From the NCBI GenBank assembly GCA_965214865.1, contig CBDCCN010000004.1, forward strand, positions 3,338,942-3,402,941: DNA of 64,000 nt. The letters are read 5' to 3'. The notes beneath the pieces were generated by a model that was not told the DNA's origin, searched no databases, and worked only from the letters and a program-made list of their open reading frames with translations. Made by a program: the position numbers and the translations under genes. This stretch comes from Vicinamibacterales bacterium. GTDB lineage: Bacteria; Acidobacteriota; Vicinamibacteria; Vicinamibacterales; UBA8438. The stretch's first letter is position 1; each line of letters begins with the position of its first letter. Below, one piece after another: positions 39,640 to 48,732 of this stretch.

Positions 39640-40452
39640 CTATTCGGCCGATTGCAGGCGGACCGACCCGTTCACCGTCCGGATGCGCAGCGTGCGGCCG
39701 CCTTCGCCGAGGCGGCCCTCGAAGCGCCGCCGCCGCTCGTCGGTGTCGGTGATCGGCAGATCGGCGCGTATCGACCCGTTCGACGTGCGGACCGACACGT
39801 CGGCGTCTGCGGTCTCGGGCAGGGTGAGGGTGACGCTGCCGTTGACGGTCTCGAACGACGCTTCGCCGTCCCAGTCCGCGCGCCCGACGGCCGCCCTGAT
39901 CGAGCCGTTGACGGTCCTGGCCTGCGCGTGCCCGGCGACCGCCAGGGTGACGCTGCCGTTGACGGTGCGCGCCTCCACGTCACCGTCCAGATCGGCAGTC
40001 CTGATGGCGCCGTTCACGTTGCGGGCCACCAGATCGACCCCGGCCGGCACGCCGACCGTGAACGTGACGTTGACGTCGTTCCTCCGGGCGCTCAGGCGTC
40101 CTTCGCCCCCCGGGAGACACGCGTTGCCCTCGCGCGGATAGACGGCGCAGATCGTCACCCCGGCCGGATGCTCCACCACCTCGATGCGGACCTCGTTGGG
40201 GTCGTTGCGGGCGCCGCGGCGGTCGGCGGTCACTTCCACCAGGCCGCTCGGCGACGGCGCCGCGGTGATCGTTCCGTTGACGCCCTTGATCTCCGCGTGC
40301 TGGCCGGCGGCGATGCGGCCCCGCCATTCGAACAGCTCGTCGGCCGGGCGGCGCTCGCCGCCGAAGACGCCGGCCGACAGCAGGGCGAGGTCACAGCCGG
40401 TCAGGAACAGAGCGGCGGCCGAGAGGACGGCGACGGTCGGCAGTCTCGACAT
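39640..40452 (-). CDS. DUF4097 beta-strand-repeat lipoprotein (adhesin-like)
   Basis: Lipobox LTGC; repeated TVNGSV/I motifs. Confidence 0.88.
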   Translation of the reverse strand: MSRLPTVAVLSAAALFLTGCDLALLSAGVFGGERRPADELFEWRGRIAAGQHAEIKGVNGTITAAPSPSGLVEVTADRRGARNDPNEVRIEVVEHPAGVTICAVYPREGNACLPGGEGRLSARRNDVNVTFTVGVPAGVDLVARNVNGAIRTADLDGDVEARTVNGSVTLAVAGHAQARTVNGSIRAAVGRADWDGEASFETVNGSVTLTLPETADADVSVRTSNGSIRADLPITDTDERRRRFEGRLGEGGRTLRIRTVNGSVRLQSAE

Positions 40453-40472
40453 GAGCAACTCCTTTGGCTTGC

Positions 40473-41195
40473 TCACTTGGACGGAGGACCGGCCGGCAAG
40501 GTTTCCTCCAGGCGGAACTCCCGCGTCGCGAGCGCCGCGTTGAGGAAGTCGATGAGCGGCGCCAGGTGCGAGAAGAGCCGGAGCAGGGAAGGGTAGAAGC
40601 GCGGGCCGGTCGCGAACGCCGGGTGCCGTTCGCAGCCGGCGAGGAACTGCTTGAGGCGGAGCAGATCCGCGGCCGGGTGATCGGCCGGAAAGCCGCGCGG
40701 CACCCGCTTCAGCCGTTCGCCGGACAGCGCGCCGAAGTTGCGGCGGAAGGCCGGCGCCGCAGCGAGGGCCCGCAGCCGGTCGTGGTTGGCGGCGACGTGC
40801 TCGCGGAGGCGCTGGAGTTGCCGCGGCTGCGGCCGGTACAGTCCGCCGCCGGCGAACACCTGGTCGGCCGCGACGTGGACGTAGAGTCCGGCCCCCTCGT
40901 GCTTGGGCAGCGCCCGGTGCGGGAAGATCGCCGCGACGTGCGTCTTGAACGGCGCCTTGTTCGCCGAGAAGCGCGTGTCGCGGTAGATGCGGTACAGCGA
41001 CGTCTTCGGGTTGGCGACGAGATCGGGCGCGATCGCCGGCAGATCGGTCGCGAGCTGCTCGATGAGCGCGATCATCGGGCCCCTGACGTGCGCCTCGTAC
41101 TCGTCACGGTGCTCGCGGAACCAGTCCCGGTCGTTGTTGCGCGCGAGCCGGCGGAGAAAGTCGAGGGTCTGCGGCGTGAAGCGCGGGGCGGGCAT
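40473..41195 (-). CDS. DUF2461 (TIGR02453) family protein
   Basis: FL..L.RNNDRDWF..HR..Y, RIYRDTRFS.NK.PFKT, LKRVPRGF..DHP. Confidence 0.9.
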   Translation of the reverse strand: MPAPRFTPQTLDFLRRLARNNDRDWFREHRDEYEAHVRGPMIALIEQLATDLPAIAPDLVANPKTSLYRIYRDTRFSANKAPFKTHVAAIFPHRALPKHEGAGLYVHVAADQVFAGGGLYRPQPRQLQRLREHVAANHDRLRALAAAPAFRRNFGALSGERLKRVPRGFPADHPAADLLRLKQFLAGCERHPAFATGPRFYPSLLRLFSHLAPLIDFLNAALATREFRLEETLPAGPPSK

Positions 41196-41217
41196 CGACC
41201 GCAACTCCCTGGATCGT

Positions 41218-41604
41218 TCAACCGGTGAAGCGGACGCGCGGCGCCAGCGACCAGTCGAAGCGTTCGAGGCCCGCTGGGCCGAGTCGCTCGACTTCCGCGC
41301 GGATGCGCGCCGCCTGGGCGAGCAGGTCGGCCACGTCGACCGTCTGGCAGGCCGGGGCGAAGGGGCGGAGGTACGCGGGCCCGCGGGTCAGCATGTAGAC
41401 GGCGCCGTGGTGGTTCCGGCGCGTGACGTGGTACATGGCGACGCCGATCTGCAGGATGCCCTGGTAGAGCCGGCGCACCCCGCGCGCTTCTTCCCGCCAG
41501 AGATCCTCCAGCGTCTCGTGCTGCTCGAAGAACTCGCCGCGGTTGAACTGTTCCACACCGGCCAGCAGCAGCGGCGGGGGCGGCTCGCCGCACCAGGCGG
41601 GCAT
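41218..41604 (-). CDS. DUF309 domain protein
   Basis: GVEQFNRGEFFEQHETLEDLW, YQGILQIGVA.YH. Confidence 0.88.
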   Translation of the reverse strand: MPAWCGEPPPPLLLAGVEQFNRGEFFEQHETLEDLWREEARGVRRLYQGILQIGVAMYHVTRRNHHGAVYMLTRGPAYLRPFAPACQTVDVADLLAQAARIRAEVERLGPAGLERFDWSLAPRVRFTG

Positions 41605-41643
41605 CGGCCGGCATTATAGACGGGCGCGGCTACAATCTACGGC
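41605..41643. promoter_or_regulatory. Back-to-back leaderless promoters
   Basis: Minus-strand TATAAT (41613-18) 8 nt before ATG41604; plus-strand TACAAT (41631-36) 7 nt before ATG41644. Confidence 0.6.
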
Positions 41644-42159
41644 ATGGCGGAGACAACGGGGGCGGCGGCCGGGAGGCGCGCCGGACGGCCGGCGGCGAAG
41701 GGGCGCGACCTCCCCGACCGGCCCCGCGACTACTCCGACCCGTACGCCACCGGCCTGTACTTCCCGAAGATCAGGCGGAAGCGGTCGAAGCTGCACGGCT
41801 GGGGCGTCTTCGCGCTCGAGGACATCCACAAGAACAAGCGGATCATCCACTACGCGGGCGAGAAGATCCGGGTGCGCGACAGCCTGGTGCGGGAGGATCG
41901 CTACCTGACGCGGGGCGAAATCTGGTGCTTCCGGATCAACCGCCTGTTCGTGCGCGACGGCCACGTCGGCGGCAACCTCGCCCGTTTCATCAACCACGCG
42001 TGCAGGCCGAACTGCTACGTCGCGGTGATCGTGGATACGATCTGGATCATCGCCGCGCGCAACATCGCGGCGGGCGAGGAGCTGACCTTCCACTACAACA
42101 CGGAGGGAGACGGCGACATCCCGTGCCGCTGCCGGCCCGGGTGCCCGTATCGGCTGTGA
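41644..42159 (+). CDS. SET-domain lysine methyltransferase with post-SET Cys cluster
   Basis: HGWGVFA, RFINHACRPNC, GEELTFHY, CRCRPGC. Confidence 0.92.
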   Translation: MAETTGAAAGRRAGRPAAKGRDLPDRPRDYSDPYATGLYFPKIRRKRSKLHGWGVFALEDIHKNKRIIHYAGEKIRVRDSLVREDRYLTRGEIWCFRINRLFVRDGHVGGNLARFINHACRPNCYVAVIVDTIWIIAARNIAAGEELTFHYNTEGDGDIPCRCRPGCPYRL

Positions 42160-42854
42160 CGCCGCAAGTCGTCTACCTGCACGGGTTCGCGTCGTCCCCG
42201 GCGTCGTCCAAGGCCGCCTTCCTCGGCCGGCGGCTCGCCGCGCACGGCGTGGCGTTTCACTGTCCCGATCTCAACCAGCCCGATTTCTCGACGCTCACCG
42301 CGACGCGGATGATCGAGCGCACGGTGGCGCTGATCGCGACGCTGCCGGCGGGACCGGTGGTGCTCTTCGGTTCGAGCCTCGGCGCGTTCGTCGCCCTGCA
42401 GGTCGCCGAGCAGGCGGCGGCGGGGACGCAGCAGCCGATCACGCAGCTCGTGCTCCTGGCCCCGGCGCTCGACTTCGGCCGGCGGCCGGTGGGCGATCTG
42501 GGCGACGCCGGCATGGCCCGCTGGCGCGAGACCGGCTGGTGGGAGCTGACGCACTACGCTTCCGGCGAGCCGACCCGCGTGCACTACGAGATGTTCCGCG
42601 ACGCGCGGCGCTACGACGCGTTCGCCGCGCGGCGCCCGGTCCCCACCCTCGTTCTCCAGGGGCGGCGCGACGACGTGGTCGATCCGGACATGGTTGCGCG
42701 GTACGCCGCGGCCCGGCCGCATGTGACCCTGGTCATGCTGGACGACGATCACCAGCTCGGCGGCAGCCTCGAGCGGGTGTGGTCGGAATCCGCGCCCATT
42801 CTGGGCTTGGCCCGAGTCGCGGAGGCGGCAGCGGTCCCACGGGCGCCCGGCTGA
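42156..42854 (+). CDS. YqiA/YcfP-family esterase
   Basis: VYLHGFASSPASSKA, PDLNQPDF, GSSLGA, LLAPA, DDDHQL; GTGA overlap. Confidence 0.9.
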   Translation: MTPQVVYLHGFASSPASSKAAFLGRRLAAHGVAFHCPDLNQPDFSTLTATRMIERTVALIATLPAGPVVLFGSSLGAFVALQVAEQAAAGTQQPITQLVLLAPALDFGRRPVGDLGDAGMARWRETGWWELTHYASGEPTRVHYEMFRDARRYDAFAARRPVPTLVLQGRRDDVVDPDMVARYAAARPHVTLVMLDDDHQLGGSLERVWSESAPILGLARVAEAAAVPRAPG

Positions 42855-43021
42855 TACCGGTTGCTGTTCCGCCGCGGCGCCCCTGCTCGACGACCTCGCG
42901 CACGCGCTGCGCTCGTACGCCGCGGCGTCACGGATGATCCCTCGCGCGCGCCCGGCTGATACTCGTCGATGAAGACGATGCACGGGGCGTTCTTCGATGA
43001 TCCCGCGCGCCCGGCTGATAC
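42831..43021. repeat. Three direct repeats separated by unrelated spacers (CRISPR-like mini-array, no cas genes)
   Basis: Core GCGCCCGGCTGATAC at 42843, 42948 and 43007; copies 2 and 3 begin GATGATCCC; spacers of 75 and 33 nt. Confidence 0.8.
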
Positions 43022-43031
43022 CCTGTCGGCG

Positions 43032-43793
43032 GTGCTGTCGGACGGCTCCCGGCCGCTCGTCTCGATCGTCGTGCCCGTGCTCCGGGACACCCCGGAGCTC
43101 GCCGGTCTGCTCGACGCCCTGCGGGTGGATCGGCTCGACGCCCGCGTCGAGGTCATAGTGGTCAACGGCGACGCCGCCGACCGCTCCCTCGACCCGTTGC
43201 GCGGGCGCATGACCACGGTGCGCTGGATCGACAGCGAGCCGGGACGGGGCCGCCAGATGAACGCCGGGGCGCGCGCTTCGTCCGGCCGGTGGCTGCTGTT
43301 CCTGCACGCCGATGCGCGCCTCGGGGCCGGCTGGCTGGCCGCGCTCGCCGAAGCCGACAGGCGGCCGGAGATCGCAGGGGGTGCGTTCCGCCTGACCCTC
43401 GCCTCGGCGCATTGGGCGGCCCGCGTGGTCGAACGCGGCGTGGCGGCGCGGACGCTCTGGCTGGGGTTGCCGTACGGCGATCAGGCGATCTTCGTCCACC
43501 GGAAGGCGTTCGAGCACCTGGGCGGCTACCGGCCGATCGGATTGATGGAGGACGTCGACTTCGTTCGACGCCTGCGCCGGCGGGGGCGGCTCCGGTTTCC
43601 GCCGGTGTCGGTACGGGTATCGGCGCGGCGCTGGGAGCGCGACGGCTGGTGGCGGCGGACGGGCATGAACCTGATGCTGCTGGGGCTCTACTTCGCCGGT
43701 GTCGCGCCCGACCGGCTCGCGCGCTGGTACTACGGGCCGTACCGCGGCGCCCCGGTCCGGCGCGCACCCACGGTCGGCGCGCCGCAAGGGTGA
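43032..43793 (+). CDS. GT2 glycosyltransferase, TIGR04283-like
   Basis: VSIVVPV, GRGRQMNAGA, LLFLHAD, LPYGDQAIF, GGY....LMEDV, SARRWE; GTG43032 lies 7 nt after extended -10 TGATACCCT (ORF track starts at 42969). Confidence 0.88.
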   Translation: MLSDGSRPLVSIVVPVLRDTPELAGLLDALRVDRLDARVEVIVVNGDAADRSLDPLRGRMTTVRWIDSEPGRGRQMNAGARASSGRWLLFLHADARLGAGWLAALAEADRRPEIAGGAFRLTLASAHWAARVVERGVAARTLWLGLPYGDQAIFVHRKAFEHLGGYRPIGLMEDVDFVRRLRRRGRLRFPPVSVRVSARRWERDGWWRRTGMNLMLLGLYFAGVAPDRLARWYYGPYRGAPVRRAPTVGAPQG

Positions 43794-45283
43794 TGACCTG
43801 GAAGATCGCCGTGTTCGGCGTTGCATTCCTGCTGGCGCAGGCGGCGGCGGCGCTCGGCTCGCGCTGGCAGGCCGAAGCGTTCGTGGTGCTGTTCGTCGTG
43901 GCGGCGCGGGTCGTCCAGGTGTTGCTCCGCGGTGACGCGTCGGCCGCCGAGACGATCGGCAGGCGGGTCCTGGCCTGCGGCGTGGTGCTGGCGGCCGCAC
44001 TGGCTGCTGCGGCGGCGCTCGACGCACGCCGCCAGGCCGAGGCGTTCGTCGCGCTTCTGGGCGTTGCCTCGCTTGCGTACGTCGCGGCGCTGCGGCTCGT
44101 CGGTCGGCTCGCCGGCGCCGGCTCGACGCCGCGGGCGGGCGGGCGCGCCCTCGCCGCCTGTCTGCTCCTCGGCGTCGTCTGGCGCCTCGTTCTGCTCGTC
44201 TCGGCGCCGCTCGTCTCGGACGACGTCTACCGCTACGTCTGGGACGGACGGGTACAGCAGCATGGGCTCAATCCCCTCCGGACCGCACCTGCCGATCCCG
44301 CCCTGTCCCGCCTCCACACGGACGTGACGCGGCGGATCGATCCGACGAGCGCCGTGCTGCCGTCCATCTACCCGCCGCTCGCCCAGCGCTTCTTCCTGGG
44401 CGTGACGTCGGTGCACGAATCCGTGCTGGCGATGGCTGCCGCGGTGCTGGTCTGCGATCTGCTGCTCATCGCGTTGATCTGGCGCTGGCTCGCCGTGACG
44501 GGGCGGAACCCCTGGTGGGTGCTCGGCTACGCCTGGCATCCCCTCGCAGCCTTGGAGGGCGCAGGCGGAGCCCACATCGACGTCGTGGGCGCGCTGCTCC
44601 TCGTGGCGGCGGTCTACGCACTGTCGCGCGGCCGTTCGCTCCTGGCGGCGATGGGCTTCGCCGGCGCATTCGCCGTCAAGTTCCTGCCCGTGGTGCTGCT
44701 GCCGCTGCTCTGGAGGCGGCTCCGGCTCACCGACGCCGCGGTCGTTGCGCTGCTGGTCGTGCTCCTGTACCTGCCGTTCCTCGACGGCTGGCAGCTTCCG
44801 GCCGGGTCCCTCGGCGCCTATCTGGCGCAGTGGCGCTTCAACGGCCCGCTCTTTCGATGGCTGGCGTCGTGGACGGGTACGGCGCCGGTGATCGCGCTCT
44901 CGGTCGCGGCGGGACTCGCGGTGGCGGTGCACGCGCGACGGGCGCGCGACCGGGACGATCCGGCCGCCTGGAGTTTGCCGCTGGCTGCCGCGATCTGCCT
45001 GCTGCCTGCGATCTATCCCTGGTATCTCGTCTGGCTGATCCCGTTCCTCGGACCCGCCGTCAACTGGCCGCTCGTCGTCTGGACGCTGGCCTCCATGCTG
45101 ACGTATACGGTGTGGACGCCGCACCTGGCCGGCGACGGCTGGGTGCTGCCGGTCTGGGTGGAGCCGGTCGAGTACGGGCTGGTCGCGGCGGCCGGCGGGT
45201 GGACGTGGTGGACCGGCCGGCGCCGGGTGCGGCCGGGTGCGGCCCGCCGTGTTGACAAGGGATCGGCCGCGGGGCGACCATGA
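43793..45283 (+). CDS. GT-C membrane glycosyltransferase (GT87/DUF2029-like)
   Basis: SDDVYRYVWDGRVQ..G.NP, IYPPLAQ, YAWHPL..LE..G.AHID, WRFNG, YPWY; many TM helices; TGATG coupling. Confidence 0.85.
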   Translation: MTWKIAVFGVAFLLAQAAAALGSRWQAEAFVVLFVVAARVVQVLLRGDASAAETIGRRVLACGVVLAAALAAAAALDARRQAEAFVALLGVASLAYVAALRLVGRLAGAGSTPRAGGRALAACLLLGVVWRLVLLVSAPLVSDDVYRYVWDGRVQQHGLNPLRTAPADPALSRLHTDVTRRIDPTSAVLPSIYPPLAQRFFLGVTSVHESVLAMAAAVLVCDLLLIALIWRWLAVTGRNPWWVLGYAWHPLAALEGAGGAHIDVVGALLLVAAVYALSRGRSLLAAMGFAGAFAVKFLPVVLLPLLWRRLRLTDAAVVALLVVLLYLPFLDGWQLPAGSLGAYLAQWRFNGPLFRWLASWTGTAPVIALSVAAGLAVAVHARRARDRDDPAAWSLPLAAAICLLPAIYPWYLVWLIPFLGPAVNWPLVVWTLASMLTYTVWTPHLAGDGWVLPVWVEPVEYGLVAAAGGWTWWTGRRRVRPGAARRVDKGSAAGRP

Positions 45284-45335
45284 ACGGAGACACGGAAATC
45301 TAGACGCCTACGCGTCGCCAGGCAGAGGTGGACCG

Positions 45336-46298
45336 ATGCTGATCAAACAGGCGCCCGACATCCGCTCGTCCGAGATCACGCCCGAGCGGCTCTACTACGA
45401 CCGGCGGCAGTTCATCCGGGCCGCTTCCGGGGCCGCGCTCGGAGCCGCCGGGGCGACCGTGGCGGGCCGGCCGGACGGCGGTCTGCAGGCCGCCCCGCAG
45501 GAGAATCTCGGCGAACTGCGGCCGAGTCAGTTCAGCACCGACGAACGGCAGAACTCCTACGAGGAAATCACCAGCTACAACAACTTCTTCGAGTTCGGCA
45601 TGGACAAGGAAGATCCGAAGCGGTACGCGGACGAGCTGACCGTCGAGCCGTGGACGGTCCGTGTCGAAGGCCACATGAACCGGCCGGCCGCCGACTACGC
45701 GCTCGAGGACATCCTCAGTCCCCACACGCTCGAGGAGCGCATCTACCGGCTGCGCTGCGTCGAGGCGTGGTCGATGGTGGTGCCCTGGGTCGGCTTTCCG
45801 CTGAGAGACCTGATCCGGCGCTTCGAGCCGACCTCCAGAGCGAAGTACGTCCGGTTCGAGACGCTCTACCGCCCGTCGGAGTTCCGCGGCCAGCGCGCCC
45901 GGAACCTCCAGTATCCGTACGTGGAGGGCCTGCGGATGGACGAGGCCATGAGCCCGCTGGCGATTCTCGCCGTCGGTATCTACGGCAAGACGCTGCTGAA
46001 CCAGAACGGGGCGCCGATTCGCCTGGTCGTCCCCTGGAAGTACGGCTTCAAGAGCATCAAGTCGATCGTCAGGATCCAGTTCGTCGAGGACCAGCCGCGG
46101 AACACCTGGAACATTGCTATCCCGCACGAGTACGGGTTCTACGCGAACGTCAATCCGGAGGTCGATCACCCGCGCTGGTCGCAGGCGATGGAGCGGCGGA
46201 TCGGCAACTTCTTCCGGCAGCGGACGCAGATGTTCAACGGGTACGGTTACCAGGTCGCCCGGATGTACGACGGGATGGACCTGGCGAGGAACTACTGA
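45336..46298 (+). CDS. msrP: Protein-methionine-sulfoxide reductase, catalytic subunit
   Basis: SEITPE...RRQFI Tat motif, YNNFFEFG..K, RCVEAWSMV.PW, NGAPIRLVVPWKYGFKSIKSI, EYGFYANVNP. Confidence 0.96.
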   Translation: MLIKQAPDIRSSEITPERLYYDRRQFIRAASGAALGAAGATVAGRPDGGLQAAPQENLGELRPSQFSTDERQNSYEEITSYNNFFEFGMDKEDPKRYADELTVEPWTVRVEGHMNRPAADYALEDILSPHTLEERIYRLRCVEAWSMVVPWVGFPLRDLIRRFEPTSRAKYVRFETLYRPSEFRGQRARNLQYPYVEGLRMDEAMSPLAILAVGIYGKTLLNQNGAPIRLVVPWKYGFKSIKSIVRIQFVEDQPRNTWNIAIPHEYGFYANVNPEVDHPRWSQAMERRIGNFFRQRTQMFNGYGYQVARMYDGMDLARNY

Positions 46299-46353
46299 GG
46301 CGGCGGCGTCCCGGTCCCCGTCCCGGCGGGGGCCGGCGCCGCCCTTGCAGCGC

Positions 46354-47004
46354 ATGTCAACCGCGTCCAGCATCCCCCGCCGCGTCAAGCCGTTCGTATT
46401 CCTCGCCTGCCTGATCCCGGCCCTGCTGCTGGTCCGCGATGCGTTCACCGGCGGCCTCGGCGTCAATCCGATCGAGGAGATCACGCACCGCACCGGCGAC
46501 TGGGCGCTCCGGTTCCTGCTGGTGACGCTCGCGGTGACGCCGGTGCGCCGGCTGGCCGGCTGGAATGCGCTGATCCGGTTCCGTCGGATGCTCGGGCTCT
46601 TCGCCTTCTTCTACGCCACGCTGCACTTCTCGACCTACGTCGTCTTCGATCACTTCTTCGACCTGCTCCTCATCATCGACGACGTGGCCGAGCGGAAGTA
46701 CGTGACGGCCGGTTTCGTCGGGTTCGTGCTGCTGATCCCGCTGGCCGTGACGTCGACGCGGGGCTGGATCCGGCGGCTCGGCAAGCGCTGGGCGACGCTC
46801 CACCGCCTGGTCTACGCGAGCGCCGTCGCCGGCGTGGTGCATTTTCTCTGGCTGGTCAAGATCGACATCGGCGAGCCGCTCGTCTACGCGGGCATCCTCG
46901 CGATCCTGCTCGGCGCACGTCTGGCGCACCGCAACCGGGGGCGCGGCGCCCCGGTTGGCGCCGGGGCGACGGCGGGTGCCGCGCGTCAGCCGGCCGCGCG
47001 TTGA
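46354..47004 (+). CDS. msrQ: Protein-methionine-sulfoxide reductase, heme-binding subunit
   Basis: NPIEEITHRTGDW, RRMLGLFAFFY..LH, PLAVTS, W..LHRLVY. Confidence 0.94.
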   Translation: MSTASSIPRRVKPFVFLACLIPALLLVRDAFTGGLGVNPIEEITHRTGDWALRFLLVTLAVTPVRRLAGWNALIRFRRMLGLFAFFYATLHFSTYVVFDHFFDLLLIIDDVAERKYVTAGFVGFVLLIPLAVTSTRGWIRRLGKRWATLHRLVYASAVAGVVHFLWLVKIDIGEPLVYAGILAILLGARLAHRNRGRGAPVGAGATAGAARQPAAR

Positions 47005-47333
47005 GCTTCCAGCCGCGTGAGGCGGCGGTCCATCCTGGCGAACTCCGCCCTGGTCTCGGCCTCGAACGCCTCGAACCGCTGGGTGAGTGCCACCAAGCCT
47101 TCGGCGATGATGCGGATCTGAGTCTCCAACCGCTCGGCGACGGCGTCGAAGTGCGCGCGCGTACGTTCGCCCTCCGCCCGCAACTCGTCCCTGGTGGCGA
47201 AGTTGGCGAGGTCGTCCCTGGTGGCGAAGTTGGCGAGGTCGTCCCTGGTGGCCAGGGTTGGCAGGATCTGCTCGATCCGTCCGACACGTCGATCGAGACT
47301 TCCGAGTACTGTTTCCATGGTTTCCCGGTTCAT
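46986..47333 (-). CDS. Small coiled-coil protein with nonad (ATRDDLANF) repeats
   Basis: GGGAGG RBS; 27-bp exact tandem repeats; heptad pattern; upstream extended -10 TGGTATGAT. Confidence 0.75.
   Translation of the reverse strand: MNRETMETVLGSLDRRVGRIEQILPTLATRDDLANFATRDDLANFATRDELRAEGERTRAHFDAVAERLETQIRIIAEGLVALTQRFEAFEAETRAEFARMDRRLTRLEAQRAAG
47185..47252. repeat. 27-bp tandem repeat, about 2.5 copies
   Basis: TCGTCCCTGGTGGCGAAGTTGGCGAGG at 47185 and 47212, partial copy at 47239. Confidence 0.9.
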
Positions 47334-47463
47334 TGCAGCCCTCCCTGCCGGCCGCGGCCCGTGGTTGGGGCTCCGCGCCTCCGGGGCCGGCATCATACCA
47401 TCGATTTCCTTGCAAGGAGAGTGCCGCCCAGGGACGTGCGGCTGCGGGGGCCGCTCCCGCCCT

Positions 47464-48615
47464 TCAGAGGACGGTCCGCTCCCGGCCTGGCCGTTCTGCC
47501 GGCAGGCCGACGAGCTCTTCCGCCGGGCCGGTTCCGGCAACCCGGGACGTGACGTAGGCGCCGACGGCCGGCCCGAGCTTGAACCCGTGGCCGGATCCGC
47601 CGCCCGCGAGCCATACGTTGTCGTGGTCGGGATGGCGGTCGAGGAGGAGATCGCCGCTCGGGGTGTTGGTGTACTGGCACACCCTGGCCTCCAGCAGCGG
47701 CGCGGCGCGCAGGGCCGGCAGCCGGGCGGCGGCGAACCGGCGCGCGGCCGCCAGCGCATGGGCGGAGGGCGCCCGGTCGCCGCTGTCGGGATCGAAAGCC
47801 GGGCCGAGCGCGGTGAGTCCGATCTTGGCGCCGCGGCCTTCGATGTCGGGGAGGCCGTAGGCTCCCCCGTCGAAGTCGATCCAGGCGGGCAGGGCCGGCG
47901 GCATGAAGCGGCGGTCGCCGGCCGGCGTTCCGAAGAAGAAGACCTCCTGGCGCGTGATGCGCAGCACCGGACCGAGCAGTTCCGGGAAGAGTCTCGGCAG
48001 CCACGGGCCGCAAGCGAAGACGAACGTTCCGGCGGACAGCCGTGCGCCGTCGTCGAGGTTCACGGCGTCGACGCGCCGGGAGAGGCCGCGCGGCTCGACC
48101 GAAGCCACGTGGTAGTCGACCCCGCGGCGCGCCGCCTGGTGCGCCACCACGTTGACGGCGCGGCGGGCGAGCAGCACGCCGCTGGCCGGCTCGAATATGC
48201 CCCGCGTGATCCCGGTGAAGTCGAGCGCGGGGAACCGGGCCGTCAAGTCCGTGGGAGCAAGCGACTCCGTAGCGACGCCGAGCCGGTCGAGCGTCCGGGC
48301 GGTGGCGTCGATGTGCGGGTCCGCGTCGTGCCCCAGCCACAGGACACCGGTCTGGCGGAAGAGGGCCGGCTGACCGGCTTCCGCGAGGACGTCCTTCCAT
48401 TGTGGAAGCGACTCGAGCGCCCAGCGGGAGTAGAGCGCCCGGTCGCCGTAGCCCATGCGGATGATGCGCGACTCGCCGCCCGAGCTCGCCCGCGAATGGC
48501 CGGCCCCGAACGCGTCGACGAGCGCCACCGCGTACCCGGCCCGGCGCAGGTGCCAGGCAGTCCAGGCGCCGAAGGTCCCGGCGCCGATCACGACGACGTC
48601 GGTGGAGCGCGGCAT
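47464..48615 (-). CDS. FAD-dependent oxidoreductase, sarcosine oxidase/SolA-like
   Basis: VVVIGAGTFG, ASSGGESRIIRMGYG, ACGPW, CQYTNTP, GGSGHGFKLGP. Confidence 0.9.
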   Translation of the reverse strand: MPRSTDVVVIGAGTFGAWTAWHLRRAGYAVALVDAFGAGHSRASSGGESRIIRMGYGDRALYSRWALESLPQWKDVLAEAGQPALFRQTGVLWLGHDADPHIDATARTLDRLGVATESLAPTDLTARFPALDFTGITRGIFEPASGVLLARRAVNVVAHQAARRGVDYHVASVEPRGLSRRVDAVNLDDGARLSAGTFVFACGPWLPRLFPELLGPVLRITRQEVFFFGTPAGDRRFMPPALPAWIDFDGGAYGLPDIEGRGAKIGLTALGPAFDPDSGDRAPSAHALAAARRFAAARLPALRAAPLLEARVCQYTNTPSGDLLLDRHPDHDNVWLAGGGSGHGFKLGPAVGAYVTSRVAGTGPAEELVGLPAERPGRERTVL

Positions 48616-48732
48616 GCCGGTCATGATAGCGGTACGATTGCCGGGTACGGTTCCTCGACTGTTCCTCGACTCCGCTACTGCCGGGTAGGGCGCTTGGATA
48701 CGGCAGTCGCTGATACCGTGCCACGGATCGCC

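Noticed and set aside
42831-43021. Canonical functional CRISPR array
   Set aside because: Repeats are unequal and lack a clear hairpin, spacers differ (75 vs 33 nt), and there is no AT-rich leader or cas gene; kept only as a CRISPR-like scar
42969-43031. N-terminal extension MKTMHGAFFDDPARPADT of the glycosyltransferase
   Set aside because: It is the antisense of the ftsH-like spacer plus a repeat; GTG43032 is the better start
47185-47252. 27-bp repeats as CRISPR
   Set aside because: Head-to-tail, no spacers, in-frame coding repeats
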